This document shows positions 48,270-58,973 of a DNA stretch of 64,000 nt, piece after piece (within the stretch, counting starts at the first letter, position 1; each line of letters starts with the position of its first letter). The stretch comes from Lachnospiraceae bacterium. GTDB lineage: Bacteria > Bacillota > Clostridia > Lachnospirales > Lachnospiraceae. Location of the stretch: the NCBI GenBank assembly GCA_900768755.1, contig CAAGDV010000025.1, positions 39,355 to 103,354 of the forward strand, read 5' to 3'. The translations under genes were made by a program, and so were the position numbers. The notes below the pieces were generated by a model. It had not been told where the DNA came from and searched no databases. It saw nothing but the letters and a program-made list of their open reading frames with translations.

Positions 48270-48307
48270 ATTGTGATTATGTTCACGTTGTCACATACTG
48301 TATAAAG

Positions 48308-48336
48308 TTGCTAAATATTTTTTATAATGGTATAAT
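48308..48336 (+). promoter_or_regulatory. sigma-A promoter of deoB-pdp
   Basis: TTGCTA, 17-nt spacer, TATAAT. Confidence 0.55.
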
Positions 48337-48435
48337 AAAGGCAAAATATCTTTTACTTCTACATCATAATATAATAAGCAGTAGGAAAAAACAAGATATT
48401 TGTTTTTTGAGATGTTTATTTATGGGAGGAATGTT

Positions 48436-49605
48436 GTGAGACGTGTAATATGGATTGTTTTGGACAGCGTCGGAATGGGTGAGATGCCCGACGCCATGCG
48501 TTTTGGGGATGCGGGCTGCAACACACTTGCGCATACATGGGAGTACAATAACGGACTTGAGATTCCCAATCTGATAAATCTTGGCTTGGGCAATATTGAC
48601 GGAATGCGTGCGGTCAGTGAATGCGACTGTCCGCTTGGCGCGTATGCGAGAATTGCGGAGCAAAGTAACGGCAAGGACACGACCGTAGGGCATTGGGAGA
48701 TGGCGGGAATCATTTCAAGTAGTCCTTTTCCCACTTATCCGGAGGGATTTCCTAAGGAGATAATAGATGAGTTCGTGGCGCAGGCTAATATACCGGGAGT
48801 TCTCTGCAACGGTGTCGCATCGGGCACCGAGGTTATTGAAAGGTTCGGGGACGAGCATGTTAGTAGCCAAAAGCCCATTGTGTACACATCTGCGGACAGC
48901 GTTTTTCAGATTGCGGTGGATATGGCGGTGTATTCTCTTGATGAATTGTACCATATGTGTGAAATAGCAAGAAAGATTCTTACCGGGGAGCATGAGGTCG
49001 CAAGGGTGATTGCAAGACCGTACATCAGGGATAACAAAAGATACGTAAGAACCTCCGACAGAAGGGATTATGCAATAGTTCCGCCGGACGGCAATCTTTT
49101 GACTGAGTTAAAAAAACGCGGACAGAATGTCATCGGTGTCGGCAAAATTGAAGATATTTTCGCCAAAGCGGGAATAACTTCGGCAACCCACACCAAAAAC
49201 AATATGGACGGAGTGGATGTGACTCTTAAGTACATGGCGGATACGGAAGGCGGACTTATTTTTACCAATCTGGTTGAGTTTGACTCCACCTGGGGACACA
49301 GGCGCGATGCCAAAGGCTACGGTACGGGGCTTGAACAGTTTGATGCGCGTCTGCCGGAGATAATGGCGGCGATGAGGGATGAGGATATTCTAATCATCAA
49401 TTCAGACCACGGCTGCGACCCGACTTTTAAGGGCACGGACCACACCAGGGAATATATACCGCTTTTGGTGTACTCACATCTGATAAAGAGCACCAATCTC
49501 GGTACAAGAGAGGGACTTTCGGATATAGGCCAGACTGTTATGGAGTATCTTACGGGTGAACGCATCCATAACGGAGTGAGCTTTTTGTCTGAGATAATGA
49601 GGTGA
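48436..49605 (+). CDS. deoB: phosphopentomutase
   Basis: VIWIVLDSVGMGEMPDA. GTG start after gggagga. ATG-extended ORF from 48400. Confidence 0.9.
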   Translation: MRRVIWIVLDSVGMGEMPDAMRFGDAGCNTLAHTWEYNNGLEIPNLINLGLGNIDGMRAVSECDCPLGAYARIAEQSNGKDTTVGHWEMAGIISSSPFPTYPEGFPKEIIDEFVAQANIPGVLCNGVASGTEVIERFGDEHVSSQKPIVYTSADSVFQIAVDMAVYSLDELYHMCEIARKILTGEHEVARVIARPYIRDNKRYVRTSDRRDYAIVPPDGNLLTELKKRGQNVIGVGKIEDIFAKAGITSATHTKNNMDGVDVTLKYMADTEGGLIFTNLVEFDSTWGHRRDAKGYGTGLEQFDARLPEIMAAMRDEDILIINSDHGCDPTFKGTDHTREYIPLLVYSHLIKSTNLGTREGLSDIGQTVMEYLTGERIHNGVSFLSEIMR

Positions 49606-49612
49606 TTGAATT

Positions 49613-50932
49613 ATGAGAATGTATGATATTATAGCAAAAAAAAGGGACGGCAAAGCCTTAACCGACGAGGAGATAAGCTTTTTTATCAAGGGAATAACCG
49701 AAGGCTCAATCCCCGACTATCAGGCGTCTGCGCTTGCCATGGCAATATACTTAAACGGCATGGACGAGCATGAGACGGCGACGCTTACCATGCGGATGGC
49801 AAAAAGCGGCGATATGCTGGACCTTTCGCCCATAAAGGGAATCAAGGTGGACAAACACAGTACCGGTGGAGTCGGTGATAAGACGTCTCTGGTGTTGGGG
49901 CCGATGGTTGCGGCACTCGGCGTAAGCGTTGCCAAGATGAGCGGCAGGGGTCTTGGGCATACCGGCGGAACAATAGACAAGCTTGAGAGCATTCCGGGAT
50001 TTGTAACCTCAATTACGCCGCAGGAATTTTTTGATAATGTCAACGGGATAGGAATTGCGATTGCGGGGCAGAGCGGGAACCTCGCGCCTGCAGATAAGAA
50101 ACTCTACGCACTCAGGGACGTGACCGCGACGGTTGAGAGCATTCCGCTTATCGCCAGCAGCATTATGAGCAAAAAAATTGCCGCCGGTGCAGACGTGATT
50201 GTGCTTGATGTCAAAAGTGGTGACGGCGCATTTATGAAGGATGACGAGTCGGCTCTGGCACTCGCAAAAGAGATGGTTAAGATTGGCAGCAATGTTGGCA
50301 GAAGAACCATGGCGGTGGTCAGCAATATGGACGAGCCTCTGGGCTATGCGGTGGGTAACTCGCTTGAGGTGATAGAGGCAATAGAGACACTTAAAGGCAG
50401 AGGACCAAAGGATTTGACAGAGCTTTGCATTGAACTGGGCTCGCATATGGTCGTGGGTGCCGGAATCACGGACGATACCGAGACTGCAGCAGGTATGTTA
50501 CGAAGTACGATTGATGACGGTCTGGCACTCAAAAAAATGTGTGAATTTGTTGAGCATCAGCACGGAGACGCATCGGCGGTTCTTAACACGGACCTTCTTC
50601 CGAAAGCGTCCATTGTTCACGAAGTAACAGCCGATATGAGCGGTTACGTATCGCATATAGAATGTGAGCGCGTGGGCACCTGTGCAATGCTTTTAGGCGG
50701 CGGACGCGAGAACAAGGACAGCGTTATCGACCTCGCCGTCGGAATAGTTCTTCAGGTGAAAGTCGGGGATGAAGTGCGTAAAGGCGATGTGATTGCGCGC
50801 CTGTACGCCAACGATTCCGCAAAGCTTAACGCCGCACTGGAGCGTTTTGACGGGGCAGTAAGAATTACAGGAGACAAAGTTACTCCAAAGAAGCTTATTA
50901 AGTACATCGTTACGGAGGCGGGAATAAGATAA
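49613..50932 (+). CDS. pdp: pyrimidine-nucleoside phosphorylase
   Basis: KHSTGGVGD, SGRGLGHTGGT. Confidence 0.9.
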   Translation: MRMYDIIAKKRDGKALTDEEISFFIKGITEGSIPDYQASALAMAIYLNGMDEHETATLTMRMAKSGDMLDLSPIKGIKVDKHSTGGVGDKTSLVLGPMVAALGVSVAKMSGRGLGHTGGTIDKLESIPGFVTSITPQEFFDNVNGIGIAIAGQSGNLAPADKKLYALRDVTATVESIPLIASSIMSKKIAAGADVIVLDVKSGDGAFMKDDESALALAKEMVKIGSNVGRRTMAVVSNMDEPLGYAVGNSLEVIEAIETLKGRGPKDLTELCIELGSHMVVGAGITDDTETAAGMLRSTIDDGLALKKMCEFVEHQHGDASAVLNTDLLPKASIVHEVTADMSGYVSHIECERVGTCAMLLGGGRENKDSVIDLAVGIVLQVKVGDEVRKGDVIARLYANDSAKLNAALERFDGAVRITGDKVTPKKLIKYIVTEAGIR

Positions 50933-51666
50933 TGAGCGGACAGCTTGATACATTGAAACATTGGATAGAGGAATCGGACAACATTGTGTTTTTCGGCGGC
51001 GCGGGAGTGAGCACCGAAAGCAATATTCCGGATTTCCGCAGTACCGACGGGCTTTACAACATGCGGTACAAATATCCGCCCGAAACCATACTTTCACATT
51101 CGTTTTTTATGAGCCGCACGGAGGAATTCTATGATTTTTACCGTGATAAGATGATATATAAGGATGCGAAGCCGAACAGGGCACATATTGCGCTGGCAAA
51201 GCTTGAGGCTTTGGGCAAACTAAAAGCCGTGGTGACGCAGAATATTGACGGGCTTCATCAGCTTGCGGGAAGCCGCAACGTATTGGAACTGCACGGAAGC
51301 GTGCTCCGTAATTACTGCATGAAATGCCGTAAAAAATACGACGGAACGGATGTTATAGTCAATTCCGAAGCGATTCCGAAATGTTCCTGCGGCGGTACAA
51401 TCAAACCCGATGTGGTGCTGTACGAAGAAGGTCTTGACCAGGATATTGTAAGCCGAAGCGTTCACGCAATTGCCGACGCAGATGTGCTCATTGTTGCGGG
51501 CACCTCGCTTACGGTATATCCGGCAGCCGGACTTATCGATTACTACCGTAAAGATAAACTGGTGCTTATCAATAAAGATGCCACCGCAAGAGACGGTGTT
51601 GCAGACCTTGTAATATACGGAAGCGTCGGGGACGCATTGGCTTACTGTGTTCCCATGGAGGATTGA
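50932..51666 (+). CDS. cobB: NAD-dependent protein deacylase (sirtuin)
   Basis: GAGVSTESNIPDFR, QNIDGLH, Zn ribbon C…C…C..C. Confidence 0.85.
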   Translation: MSGQLDTLKHWIEESDNIVFFGGAGVSTESNIPDFRSTDGLYNMRYKYPPETILSHSFFMSRTEEFYDFYRDKMIYKDAKPNRAHIALAKLEALGKLKAVVTQNIDGLHQLAGSRNVLELHGSVLRNYCMKCRKKYDGTDVIVNSEAIPKCSCGGTIKPDVVLYEEGLDQDIVSRSVHAIADADVLIVAGTSLTVYPAAGLIDYYRKDKLVLINKDATARDGVADLVIYGSVGDALAYCVPMED

Positions 51667-52577
51667 AAGTGAACGACAATGTTTTGAATCTCATCAGTGA
51701 AAAGATGAATTCTTTCAGCAAAAATCAGAAAAAAATAGCGCACTATGTTCTGGATAATCTGAATGAAGCGGCATTTATGACCGCGGCACGCATAGGCGAG
51801 GCCGTCGAATGCAGCGAGTCCACGGTGGTCAGATTTGCAACCGCTTTGGGATATTCCGGTTTTCCGGAGTTCATAAAGGAGTTGTCGGATGTTGTCAAAC
51901 TGAAGCTTAATTCAGTCAACAGAATTGATATTTCGGACGCAACACTCACCCAGTCGCGTCTCATCAGATTTGTCATGCAAAACGATGCGGCCAAGATTGA
52001 GCATACACTGAAAAACATTGATGACAATACTTTTTCTCAGGCGGTCGACATGATTGAACGCGCCGAAAAGGTATACATAGTCGCCGTGCGCGCAAGTGTT
52101 GCAATCGCTGAATTTCTGGCATTTTATCTTAAGATGGCGGCAAAAAACGTGGTTACGGTGACGACAAACAGTTCAAGTGAGATTTATGAGCAGATGATTG
52201 ATGTGAGCCAGAATGATGTGGTTATAGGAATCAGCTTTCCGAGATATTCCGTGAGAACACTTCGCGCGATGGAATTTGCCAATGAGCGCAATGCACAGAT
52301 TATAGCAATCACAGACAGCATTCATTCACCCATGAACCTGTATTCGTCCTGCAATCTTTTTGCCGTAACGGACATGGCGTCAGTCGTGGATTCACTGGTG
52401 GCGCCGCTTTCGCTTATCAATGCGCTTATCGTTGCGTTGTGTGTTAACAATCCCAAACGAATTGTTGAGCGCCTTGAACTGTTAAATCAGGTCTGGGAAG
52501 ACTATGAGGGAAACGGCAAAGACGAAATCAATTATCTGGATGAAGAACTGATGAAGGATTTGAAGGGACTTTTGTGA
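51663..52577 (+). CDS. RpiR/MurR-family transcriptional regulator (HTH + SIS)
   Basis: N-terminal HTH (IGEAVECSESTVVRFATALGYSGF) and C-terminal SIS domain. Confidence 0.8.
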   Translation: MKVNDNVLNLISEKMNSFSKNQKKIAHYVLDNLNEAAFMTAARIGEAVECSESTVVRFATALGYSGFPEFIKELSDVVKLKLNSVNRIDISDATLTQSRLIRFVMQNDAAKIEHTLKNIDDNTFSQAVDMIERAEKVYIVAVRASVAIAEFLAFYLKMAAKNVVTVTTNSSSEIYEQMIDVSQNDVVIGISFPRYSVRTLRAMEFANERNAQIIAITDSIHSPMNLYSSCNLFAVTDMASVVDSLVAPLSLINALIVALCVNNPKRIVERLELLNQVWEDYEGNGKDEINYLDEELMKDLKGLL

Positions 52578-52578
52578 T

Positions 52579-53805
52579 ATGTCAAGAGTAGTTGTTGTGG
52601 GCGCCGGCGCGGCCGGAATGATGGCAGCCATCGCGGCGGCAGAGCTGTCGCACAAAGTTATTTTGTACGAGAAAAACGAGAAGGCCGGCAAAAAACTGTA
52701 CATTACCGGCAAAGGAAGATGCAACCTTACCAATGCCTGCGATGTCACGGATTTATTCAAAAACATTGTAACCAACGCAAAATTCATGTACACCCCGATA
52801 TACTGTTTTGACAACAGTATGGTGATGGATTTTTTTGAACAGAACGGGTGCAGGCTGAAAACTGAGCGCGGCCAGAGGGTTTTTCCCGAGTCCGACAAGG
52901 CTTCTGACGTGATTAACACTTTGTACAACGCAATGAAGCAGCTCGGAGTTGAGATTCATTTTAACTCACCGGTGACGGATGTGGTTGTCAGAGACCAAAA
53001 GGTCTGCGGTGTCATGGTGCAGGGAAAGACAGTGCCCGCGGATTCGGTTATCATCGCCACGGGCGGGTATTCGTACCCATCGACCGGCTCAACGGGTGAC
53101 GGCCATAACATCGCCAAAAAACTGGGACACCGCGTCACGAGGTGCGTCCCGGCGCTGGTACCTTTCATCACAAAGGAAGAGTGGGTAAAAGAACTGCAGG
53201 GCTTAAGCCTTAGAAACTGCGGTGTGCGTGTTATGGACGGTACCCGGCTGGTATACGAGGACTTTGGCGAGCTTTTGTTCACGCATTTCGGCGTCAGCGG
53301 TCCGACAGTCCTGTCGGCAAGCAGTTATGTCGCGGACATAATCAAAAACCGTGAATTAAAGCTTATAATTGACTTAAAGCCCGCCATGGACGTAACGCAG
53401 CTTGACGCCCGGATACTTCGTGATTTTGAAAAAAACATCAACCGAAGCTTTTCCAATTCGCTCAATGAGCTTTTCCCCAAATCCCTGATACCGGTGATGA
53501 TTCACAGAACCGGAATCGACCCGGACAAAAAGGTCAACGGGATTACGAAGCAGGAGCGCGCAAGGCTTCTTAAGCTGACAAAAGAATTTGATATGACACT
53601 TGTAGGACTCAGGGGATTCAACGAGGCGATTATCACACACGGCGGAATTGATGTGAGGGATGTTGACCCGCACACAATGGAGTCGACAATAATAAAAAAA
53701 CTGTATTTTGCCGGAGAGATACTTGATGTGGATGCCGTCACGGGAGGTTTTAATCTTCAGGTAGCGTGGTCAAGCGGACATCTGGCGGGAATATCACAGG
53801 AATAA
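52579..53805 (+). CDS. HI0933/YhiN-family FAD-dependent oxidoreductase
   Basis: VVGAGAAGMMAAI dinucleotide-binding motif, KLYITGKGRCNLTN. Confidence 0.8.
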   Translation: MSRVVVVGAGAAGMMAAIAAAELSHKVILYEKNEKAGKKLYITGKGRCNLTNACDVTDLFKNIVTNAKFMYTPIYCFDNSMVMDFFEQNGCRLKTERGQRVFPESDKASDVINTLYNAMKQLGVEIHFNSPVTDVVVRDQKVCGVMVQGKTVPADSVIIATGGYSYPSTGSTGDGHNIAKKLGHRVTRCVPALVPFITKEEWVKELQGLSLRNCGVRVMDGTRLVYEDFGELLFTHFGVSGPTVLSASSYVADIIKNRELKLIIDLKPAMDVTQLDARILRDFEKNINRSFSNSLNELFPKSLIPVMIHRTGIDPDKKVNGITKQERARLLKLTKEFDMTLVGLRGFNEAIITHGGIDVRDVDPHTMESTIIKKLYFAGEILDVDAVTGGFNLQVAWSSGHLAGISQE

Positions 53806-53821
53806 ACGGAGGAAACAGAAA

Positions 53822-54490
53822 ATGTCTTACAATATTGCAATCGACGGACCTGCAGGAGCAGGCAAAAGCACAATTGCCAAAAAAATCGCAAAGGAGCTGG
53901 GCTTTATATATGTCGATACCGGCGCGATGTATCGCGCCATGGCGGTGTACTGCCTCGACAACAGGGTTGATGTTAACAACGAAAAAGAGACAGGAGAGGC
54001 GCTTGCACCTGTCGATGTAAAGCTTGAATACGATGACGGCGTTTTACAGATAATACTTAACGGAAACAATATCACGGGCAGGCTCCGCACCGAGGAGGCG
54101 GGCAACACAGCGTCGGTTATAGCCGTATATCCTTCGGTGCGCGCAAAGCTTCTTGACCTCCAGAGAAAAATTGCGGCAGATAATAATGCTGTAATGGACG
54201 GAAGGGACATAGGCTCTTTTGTTCTGCCAAATGCAACCCTTAAGATATATCTCACGGCGAGCGTGGAGACACGTGCCCAAAGAAGATATGCGGAGCTTAC
54301 AGAGAAGGGCGTTGACGCTGATATAAAAGCTATCAAAGAGGATATTGCAGACCGCGATTACCGCGATATGAACAGAGCAGTTTCTCCGCTTGTAAAGGCA
54401 GAGGACGCTGTCCTGGTGGATTCATCGGAGATGTCGATTGAGGAGGTAGCCTCTGCAATCATGGATTTGTTTTCCGAAAAAATAAAATGA
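53822..54490 (+). CDS. cmk: cytidylate kinase
   Basis: IAIDGPAGAGKST. Confidence 0.95.
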   Translation: MSYNIAIDGPAGAGKSTIAKKIAKELGFIYVDTGAMYRAMAVYCLDNRVDVNNEKETGEALAPVDVKLEYDDGVLQIILNGNNITGRLRTEEAGNTASVIAVYPSVRAKLLDLQRKIAADNNAVMDGRDIGSFVLPNATLKIYLTASVETRAQRRYAELTEKGVDADIKAIKEDIADRDYRDMNRAVSPLVKAEDAVLVDSSEMSIEEVASAIMDLFSEKIK

Positions 54491-54503
54491 CGGGAGTAAG
54501 ATT

Positions 54504-55355
54504 TTGGAAATAATAACCGCAAAATCCGCAGGCTTCTGCTTTGGCGTAAAGCGTGCGGTGGATATGGCTTACGAACAGTCCGAAGGTCAGAACATATACA
54601 CCTTTGGCCCTGTGATTCACAATGAACACGTGGTGAAAGACCTTACGGATAAGGGAATTAAGGTCCTTAATTCGGTTGAGGACATTATGAACGCACCGGT
54701 CGGAACCGTAATTATCCGCGCCCACGGCGTAACCACCGAAGTGTATGATGCAATCAAAGACAGAGGGCATATGCTTGTCGATGCCACCTGTCCTTTTGTG
54801 TTAAAAATTCACAACATAGTCAGAAAAGCCTCAAAGGAAGGCAGTTATATTGTTATTATCGGGGATGCAAATCACCCTGAGGTGATGGGTATAAAGAGCG
54901 AGGCAAAAGACAATTCCGTCGTACTTTCCGATATTTCCGAGGCTGAAAAATTCATGAGTGACCCCGAAAACTGCCGTAAAAAACTTTGTGTGGTGTTCCA
55001 GACAACATATAATTTCAAGAAGTTTCAAGAATTTGTTGAAATTTTTCAAAAAAACAGTTATGATAAAGTAGATGTTCTGAATACAATTTGCAATGCCACA
55101 GAGGTCAGACAGCATGAGGCGGCAGAGATTGCAGCATGCGTCGATGCCATGATAGTTGTGGGGGACTTAAAAAGCTCCAATTCGCAGAAGCTTTATGAGA
55201 TATGCAGCAATGCCTGCAGGCATACTTTTTTTATTCAGACTGCAGATGATATGGATTTTTCAAAATTGAAAGGTTTTGAGAGAATCGGTATAACTGCCGG
55301 GGCATCAACCCCAAACAATATTATCAAGGAGGTTCAAATACGATGTCAGACATGA
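54504..55355 (+). CDS. ispH: 4-hydroxy-3-methylbut-2-enyl diphosphate reductase
   Basis: AGFCFGVKRAV, three conserved Cys. Confidence 0.95.
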   Translation: MEIITAKSAGFCFGVKRAVDMAYEQSEGQNIYTFGPVIHNEHVVKDLTDKGIKVLNSVEDIMNAPVGTVIIRAHGVTTEVYDAIKDRGHMLVDATCPFVLKIHNIVRKASKEGSYIVIIGDANHPEVMGIKSEAKDNSVVLSDISEAEKFMSDPENCRKKLCVVFQTTYNFKKFQEFVEIFQKNSYDKVDVLNTICNATEVRQHEAAEIAACVDAMIVVGDLKSSNSQKLYEICSNACRHTFFIQTADDMDFSKLKGFERIGITAGASTPNNIIKEVQIRCQT

Positions 55356-56494
55356 GTTTTGAACAGTTATTGGAAGAGTCACTTAAAACTATACATACAG
55401 GGGAGGTTGTTGACGGTAAGGTTATAGCGGTTAAGGAAGACGAAATCATCCTTAACATCGGATATAAAGCTGATGGTATTATTTCTCGCAATGAATATAC
55501 AAGTACACCCGGTCTTGATCTTCGCACTGTTGTAAAGGAAGGAGACCAGATTAAGGCGAAAGTCGTTAAGGTCAATGACGGAGACGGTTATGTATCCCTG
55601 TCATACAAGAGACTTGCCGCAGAGGCAGGAAGCAAGAGACTTGAAGAGGCTTTCGAGAACAAAGAAGTACTTACGGCAAAGGTTACCCAGGTTCTCAGCG
55701 GCGGACTTACCGTTGTTGTGGACGAGGCAAAGGTATTCATACCTGCTAGTCTTGTATCCGATACTTTTGAGAAGGACCTCTCAAAGTACGCTGACCAGGA
55801 GATTGAGTTTGTAATTACAGAGTTCAATCCCAAGAAGAGAAGAGTTATCGGTGACCGCAGACAGCTCATCGTTGCCAAGAAGGCAGCTCTTAAGGAGCAG
55901 GCGATGGCCAATATTTCAGAAGGACAGGTTGTAGAAGGCACAGTTAAGAATGTTACCGACTTCGGCGCATTCGTTGACCTCGGCGGTGTTGACGGACTTC
56001 TGCATGTATCTGAGATTTCATGGGGACGTGTTGAGAATCCTAAGAAGAAATTCAAGACAGGCGACAAGGTTAAGGCGTTCGTTAAGGAGATTAACGGTGA
56101 CAAGATTGCACTCAGCCTTAAATTTGACGACCAGAATCCATGGCTTGATGCCGAGACCAAATATGCAGTAGGTACCATTGTTACCGGAAAAGTTGCAAGA
56201 ATGACTGATTTTGGTGCTTTTGTTGAGCTTGCACCCGGCGTTGACGCTCTTTTGCATGTATCTCAGATTTCCAACGAGAGAATTGAGAAACCGTCAGATG
56301 TTCTCAAGGCAGGACAGGAGATTGAGGCAAAGGTTGTTGACCTCAATGTTTCTGAGCACAAGATAAGCCTCAGCATTAAGGCACTCCTTCCCGATACTGC
56401 ACCTGAAAAAGAGGCAGAGACTGTAGCCCCCGAGACAGAAACAGAGACTGAAGTTTCTGAGAGCACAGAGGGCGCAGAGGCAGCTGAAGAATAG
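55343..56494 (+). CDS. rpsA: 30S ribosomal protein S1 (four S1 domains)
   Basis: Repeated S1 motifs (GTVKNVTDFGAFVDLG and similar), acidic C-terminus. Confidence 0.9.
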   Translation: MSDMSFEQLLEESLKTIHTGEVVDGKVIAVKEDEIILNIGYKADGIISRNEYTSTPGLDLRTVVKEGDQIKAKVVKVNDGDGYVSLSYKRLAAEAGSKRLEEAFENKEVLTAKVTQVLSGGLTVVVDEAKVFIPASLVSDTFEKDLSKYADQEIEFVITEFNPKKRRVIGDRRQLIVAKKAALKEQAMANISEGQVVEGTVKNVTDFGAFVDLGGVDGLLHVSEISWGRVENPKKKFKTGDKVKAFVKEINGDKIALSLKFDDQNPWLDAETKYAVGTIVTGKVARMTDFGAFVELAPGVDALLHVSQISNERIEKPSDVLKAGQEIEAKVVDLNVSEHKISLSIKALLPDTAPEKEAETVAPETETETEVSESTEGAEAAEE

Positions 56495-56518
56495 AATATT
56501 CTAATTTGCGGAGGATGT

Positions 56519-57301
56519 TTGATGGAAGGTACATATGAGAAGTTCAAATCTGATGTACTTGCGATGACCAAAATAGATCTTAATGCTTATAAAGAGCGAC
56601 AGATGAAGAGAAGAATCGACACTCTCATCGGAAAGCACGGATATAAAGGATATACTGATTTTGCCGCAGCATTGAGAACCAACAAGCAGCTTTTTGACGA
56701 GTTTGTCAATTATCTTACAATCAATGTATCGGAGTTTTATCGCAATCCCGAGCAGTGGGAATATCTGGAGCAGAAGGTTTTTCCTGACCTTATCTCAAAG
56801 TTCGGTCACGGAATCAGAATATGGAGCGCTGCCTGTTCGACAGGGGACGAGCCATACTCGCTTGTAATGCTTTTGTCCAAATTCCTGCCGCTTAACCAGA
56901 TTAAGATATTAGCAACGGATATTGATGAGCAGGTTATGGCGAAAGCGCAGATTGGTCTGTATAAGTCAGCAAGTCTTTCGGGGCTTCCGGAGGAGTTTCG
57001 GAAGAAATATTTTACAGAGATTTCAAAGGACACATTCCAGATTTCCGATGAGATTAAGAGATGTGTTGAGTTCAAAAAACATAATCTTTTGAAGGACCCT
57101 TATCCGTCCGACTGCCATATGATTGTGTGCCGCAATGTCCTGATTTACTTTACGGACGAGGCAAAGAACGTAATTTACAGAAAGTTCAATGATTCACTTG
57201 TCAAAGAGGGAATCCTTTTTGTGGGAAGCACGGAACAGATTACCAACTATAAGGAGATTAATTTCACTTCCCCGAAATCATTTTTCTATCAAAAAGTATA
57301 G
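56519..57301 (+). CDS. cheR: chemotaxis protein-glutamate O-methyltransferase
   Basis: SEFYRNPEQW, IWSAACSTGDEPYS, IVCRNVLIYF. Confidence 0.8.
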   Translation: MMEGTYEKFKSDVLAMTKIDLNAYKERQMKRRIDTLIGKHGYKGYTDFAAALRTNKQLFDEFVNYLTINVSEFYRNPEQWEYLEQKVFPDLISKFGHGIRIWSAACSTGDEPYSLVMLLSKFLPLNQIKILATDIDEQVMAKAQIGLYKSASLSGLPEEFRKKYFTEISKDTFQISDEIKRCVEFKKHNLLKDPYPSDCHMIVCRNVLIYFTDEAKNVIYRKFNDSLVKEGILFVGSTEQITNYKEINFTSPKSFFYQKV

Positions 57302-57315
57302 AACAAAGTATGAAT

Positions 57316-57352
57316 AAAGCTTACGGATTGGTGTCCGTAAGCTTTTATTTTA
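57316..57352. terminator. bidirectional terminator (cheR / convergent gene)
   Basis: 11-bp stem aaagcttacgg/ccgtaagcttt followed by tattttat. Confidence 0.8.
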
Positions 57353-57391
57353 TCGCAGAGCCTCACATATGAAATTTTATTTATATAGGCG

Positions 57392-58540
57392 TCACTGCTT
57401 TTTTGCCAGTGTTGCGATGATATGGGCGGCATATTCTTTTATGCGGCCGTTGTCGGACGAAAAATCGTCGGTAAGTTCAAAATATGTAATGGTATCCATA
57501 TAGTCAATCTTAAAGTAGGGCTCAAAAACAGGGCGGTATTGCGGAAGGAAAGTGCCTGTTTTTTTGCTGTAGCAGTCCGCGGCCTTTGCCTTGGTGCGAT
57601 AGTTTTTGTCAACGTAGAATGCAACACTTTTGTGGATTGAGCAGTCCTCCGCGGGAAGATAATAGTAATCCTTGTAATTGGGATAAAAATATTTTAACTC
57701 GTCGGTATGGATGCGCACGCAGATTTTTGCGGTGTCGCCGCAGGCAGTAAGATAGAAATTGTCATTGCCGTTGGAAATTCTGACGGGGATATCAGCCGCA
57801 GTCCTTAAGGTTATTACCGCTTCCTTAACTGTGACATCCGAGGCGGTTTTCGAGTCAGTGACGGTAAAATCCGACACGGTGAAGTTACCGTTTGCAAGCT
57901 CAATGTAATTGAGGACGCTTATGATTTTAAGCATACCGAGTACATCCTCGTAATTGTGCAGAAGAAGCAGCATAAGAAGCTTGTCAGAGGGTGAGGATAT
58001 GTAGGAATTGTATACCTTAATCAGCTCGCCGCCGCTGTACTCATCTTTTCTGCTGATTCCCATGAAATCTTCAAGCTGCTTCTGTTTTAGTCCCGCAAGC
58101 TTCAAAAAATCCTTGTACGGGGTGATTAGCTTGTATATGTCAATGCTCTTTAGATGCGAAAAATCGCAGGGAATATGATATATAGCACACTTTTTGATGA
58201 TGTAGGGAATATCAAAACCTGCACCGTTGTAGTGGATTATTTTGGAAAAGCCGGAGCAGAAATCCAAAAAAGCGCAAATTAAAGCCTCTTCATCCTCCGG
58301 GGTATCAAGAAACCACTGTGAAAGATGAAGAACCTTATCCTCAAAATACGCGCACCCAATAAGATACAAAGACGAATTGGCGGGAACAAATCCGGTTGTC
58401 TCAATATCAAAAAAGACGCCGTCATAGTAGCGCTCGTACAAATACTTAACCAATTCATCGGGAAGATTCAATATCTTGTCGTATACCTTCAAAAAATGTC
58501 CTCCTTTGACAATCTGCTTAACTTGATTATAATATAGCAC
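57392..58540 (-). CDS. YprB-like RNase H-fold (DEDD-type) exonuclease-domain protein
   Basis: VFFDIETTGF near the N-terminus and a …HNYEDV… motif. Confidence 0.45.
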   Translation of the reverse strand: MLYYNQVKQIVKGGHFLKVYDKILNLPDELVKYLYERYYDGVFFDIETTGFVPANSSLYLIGCAYFEDKVLHLSQWFLDTPEDEEALICAFLDFCSGFSKIIHYNGAGFDIPYIIKKCAIYHIPCDFSHLKSIDIYKLITPYKDFLKLAGLKQKQLEDFMGISRKDEYSGGELIKVYNSYISSPSDKLLMLLLLHNYEDVLGMLKIISVLNYIELANGNFTVSDFTVTDSKTASDVTVKEAVITLRTAADIPVRISNGNDNFYLTACGDTAKICVRIHTDELKYFYPNYKDYYYLPAEDCSIHKSVAFYVDKNYRTKAKAADCYSKKTGTFLPQYRPVFEPYFKIDYMDTITYFELTDDFSSDNGRIKEYAAHIIATLAKKQ

Positions 58541-58595
58541 ACCAAAAATTTGTAGCTTTTTTTATCAAAAAGATATAGAATATAAACAGATTATT

Positions 58596-58973
58596 TTGCC
58601 GACAGGATGTGACGAATTGTTAAAAAAAGTCCGAAAATTTGATATTATTCTGGCAGTCGCGGTTCTAGCGGCCGGAGGTTTGCTTATGTTCCTTTTTCAG
58701 TTTGCAAAGAAGGACGGAAGCTACGTGGCTGTCAGGCAGGGAAAGAAACTTGTGGGTGAGTATCCGCTGTCAATTGACGGAACGTATGAGATTACAACCT
58801 TTTACGGCCGCAATGTCCTGGTAATCAAGGACAATGAAGCATATATGGCAGAGTCCGACTGTCCGGACCACATCTGTGAGCGGATGGGACATATAAAGAA
58901 TACGGGCGAGACAATAATATGTCTTCCCAATGAAGTTTTCATAACAATTACAGACCGAAAAGGCGGTGAGTAG
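58596..58973 (+). CDS. NusG domain II-containing membrane-anchored protein
   Basis: N-terminal TM plus a β-domain. Typical partner of Gx transporters. Start codon uncertain (TTG). Confidence 0.45.
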   Translation: MPTGCDELLKKVRKFDIILAVAVLAAGGLLMFLFQFAKKDGSYVAVRQGKKLVGEYPLSIDGTYEITTFYGRNVLVIKDNEAYMAESDCPDHICERMGHIKNTGETIICLPNEVFITITDRKGGE

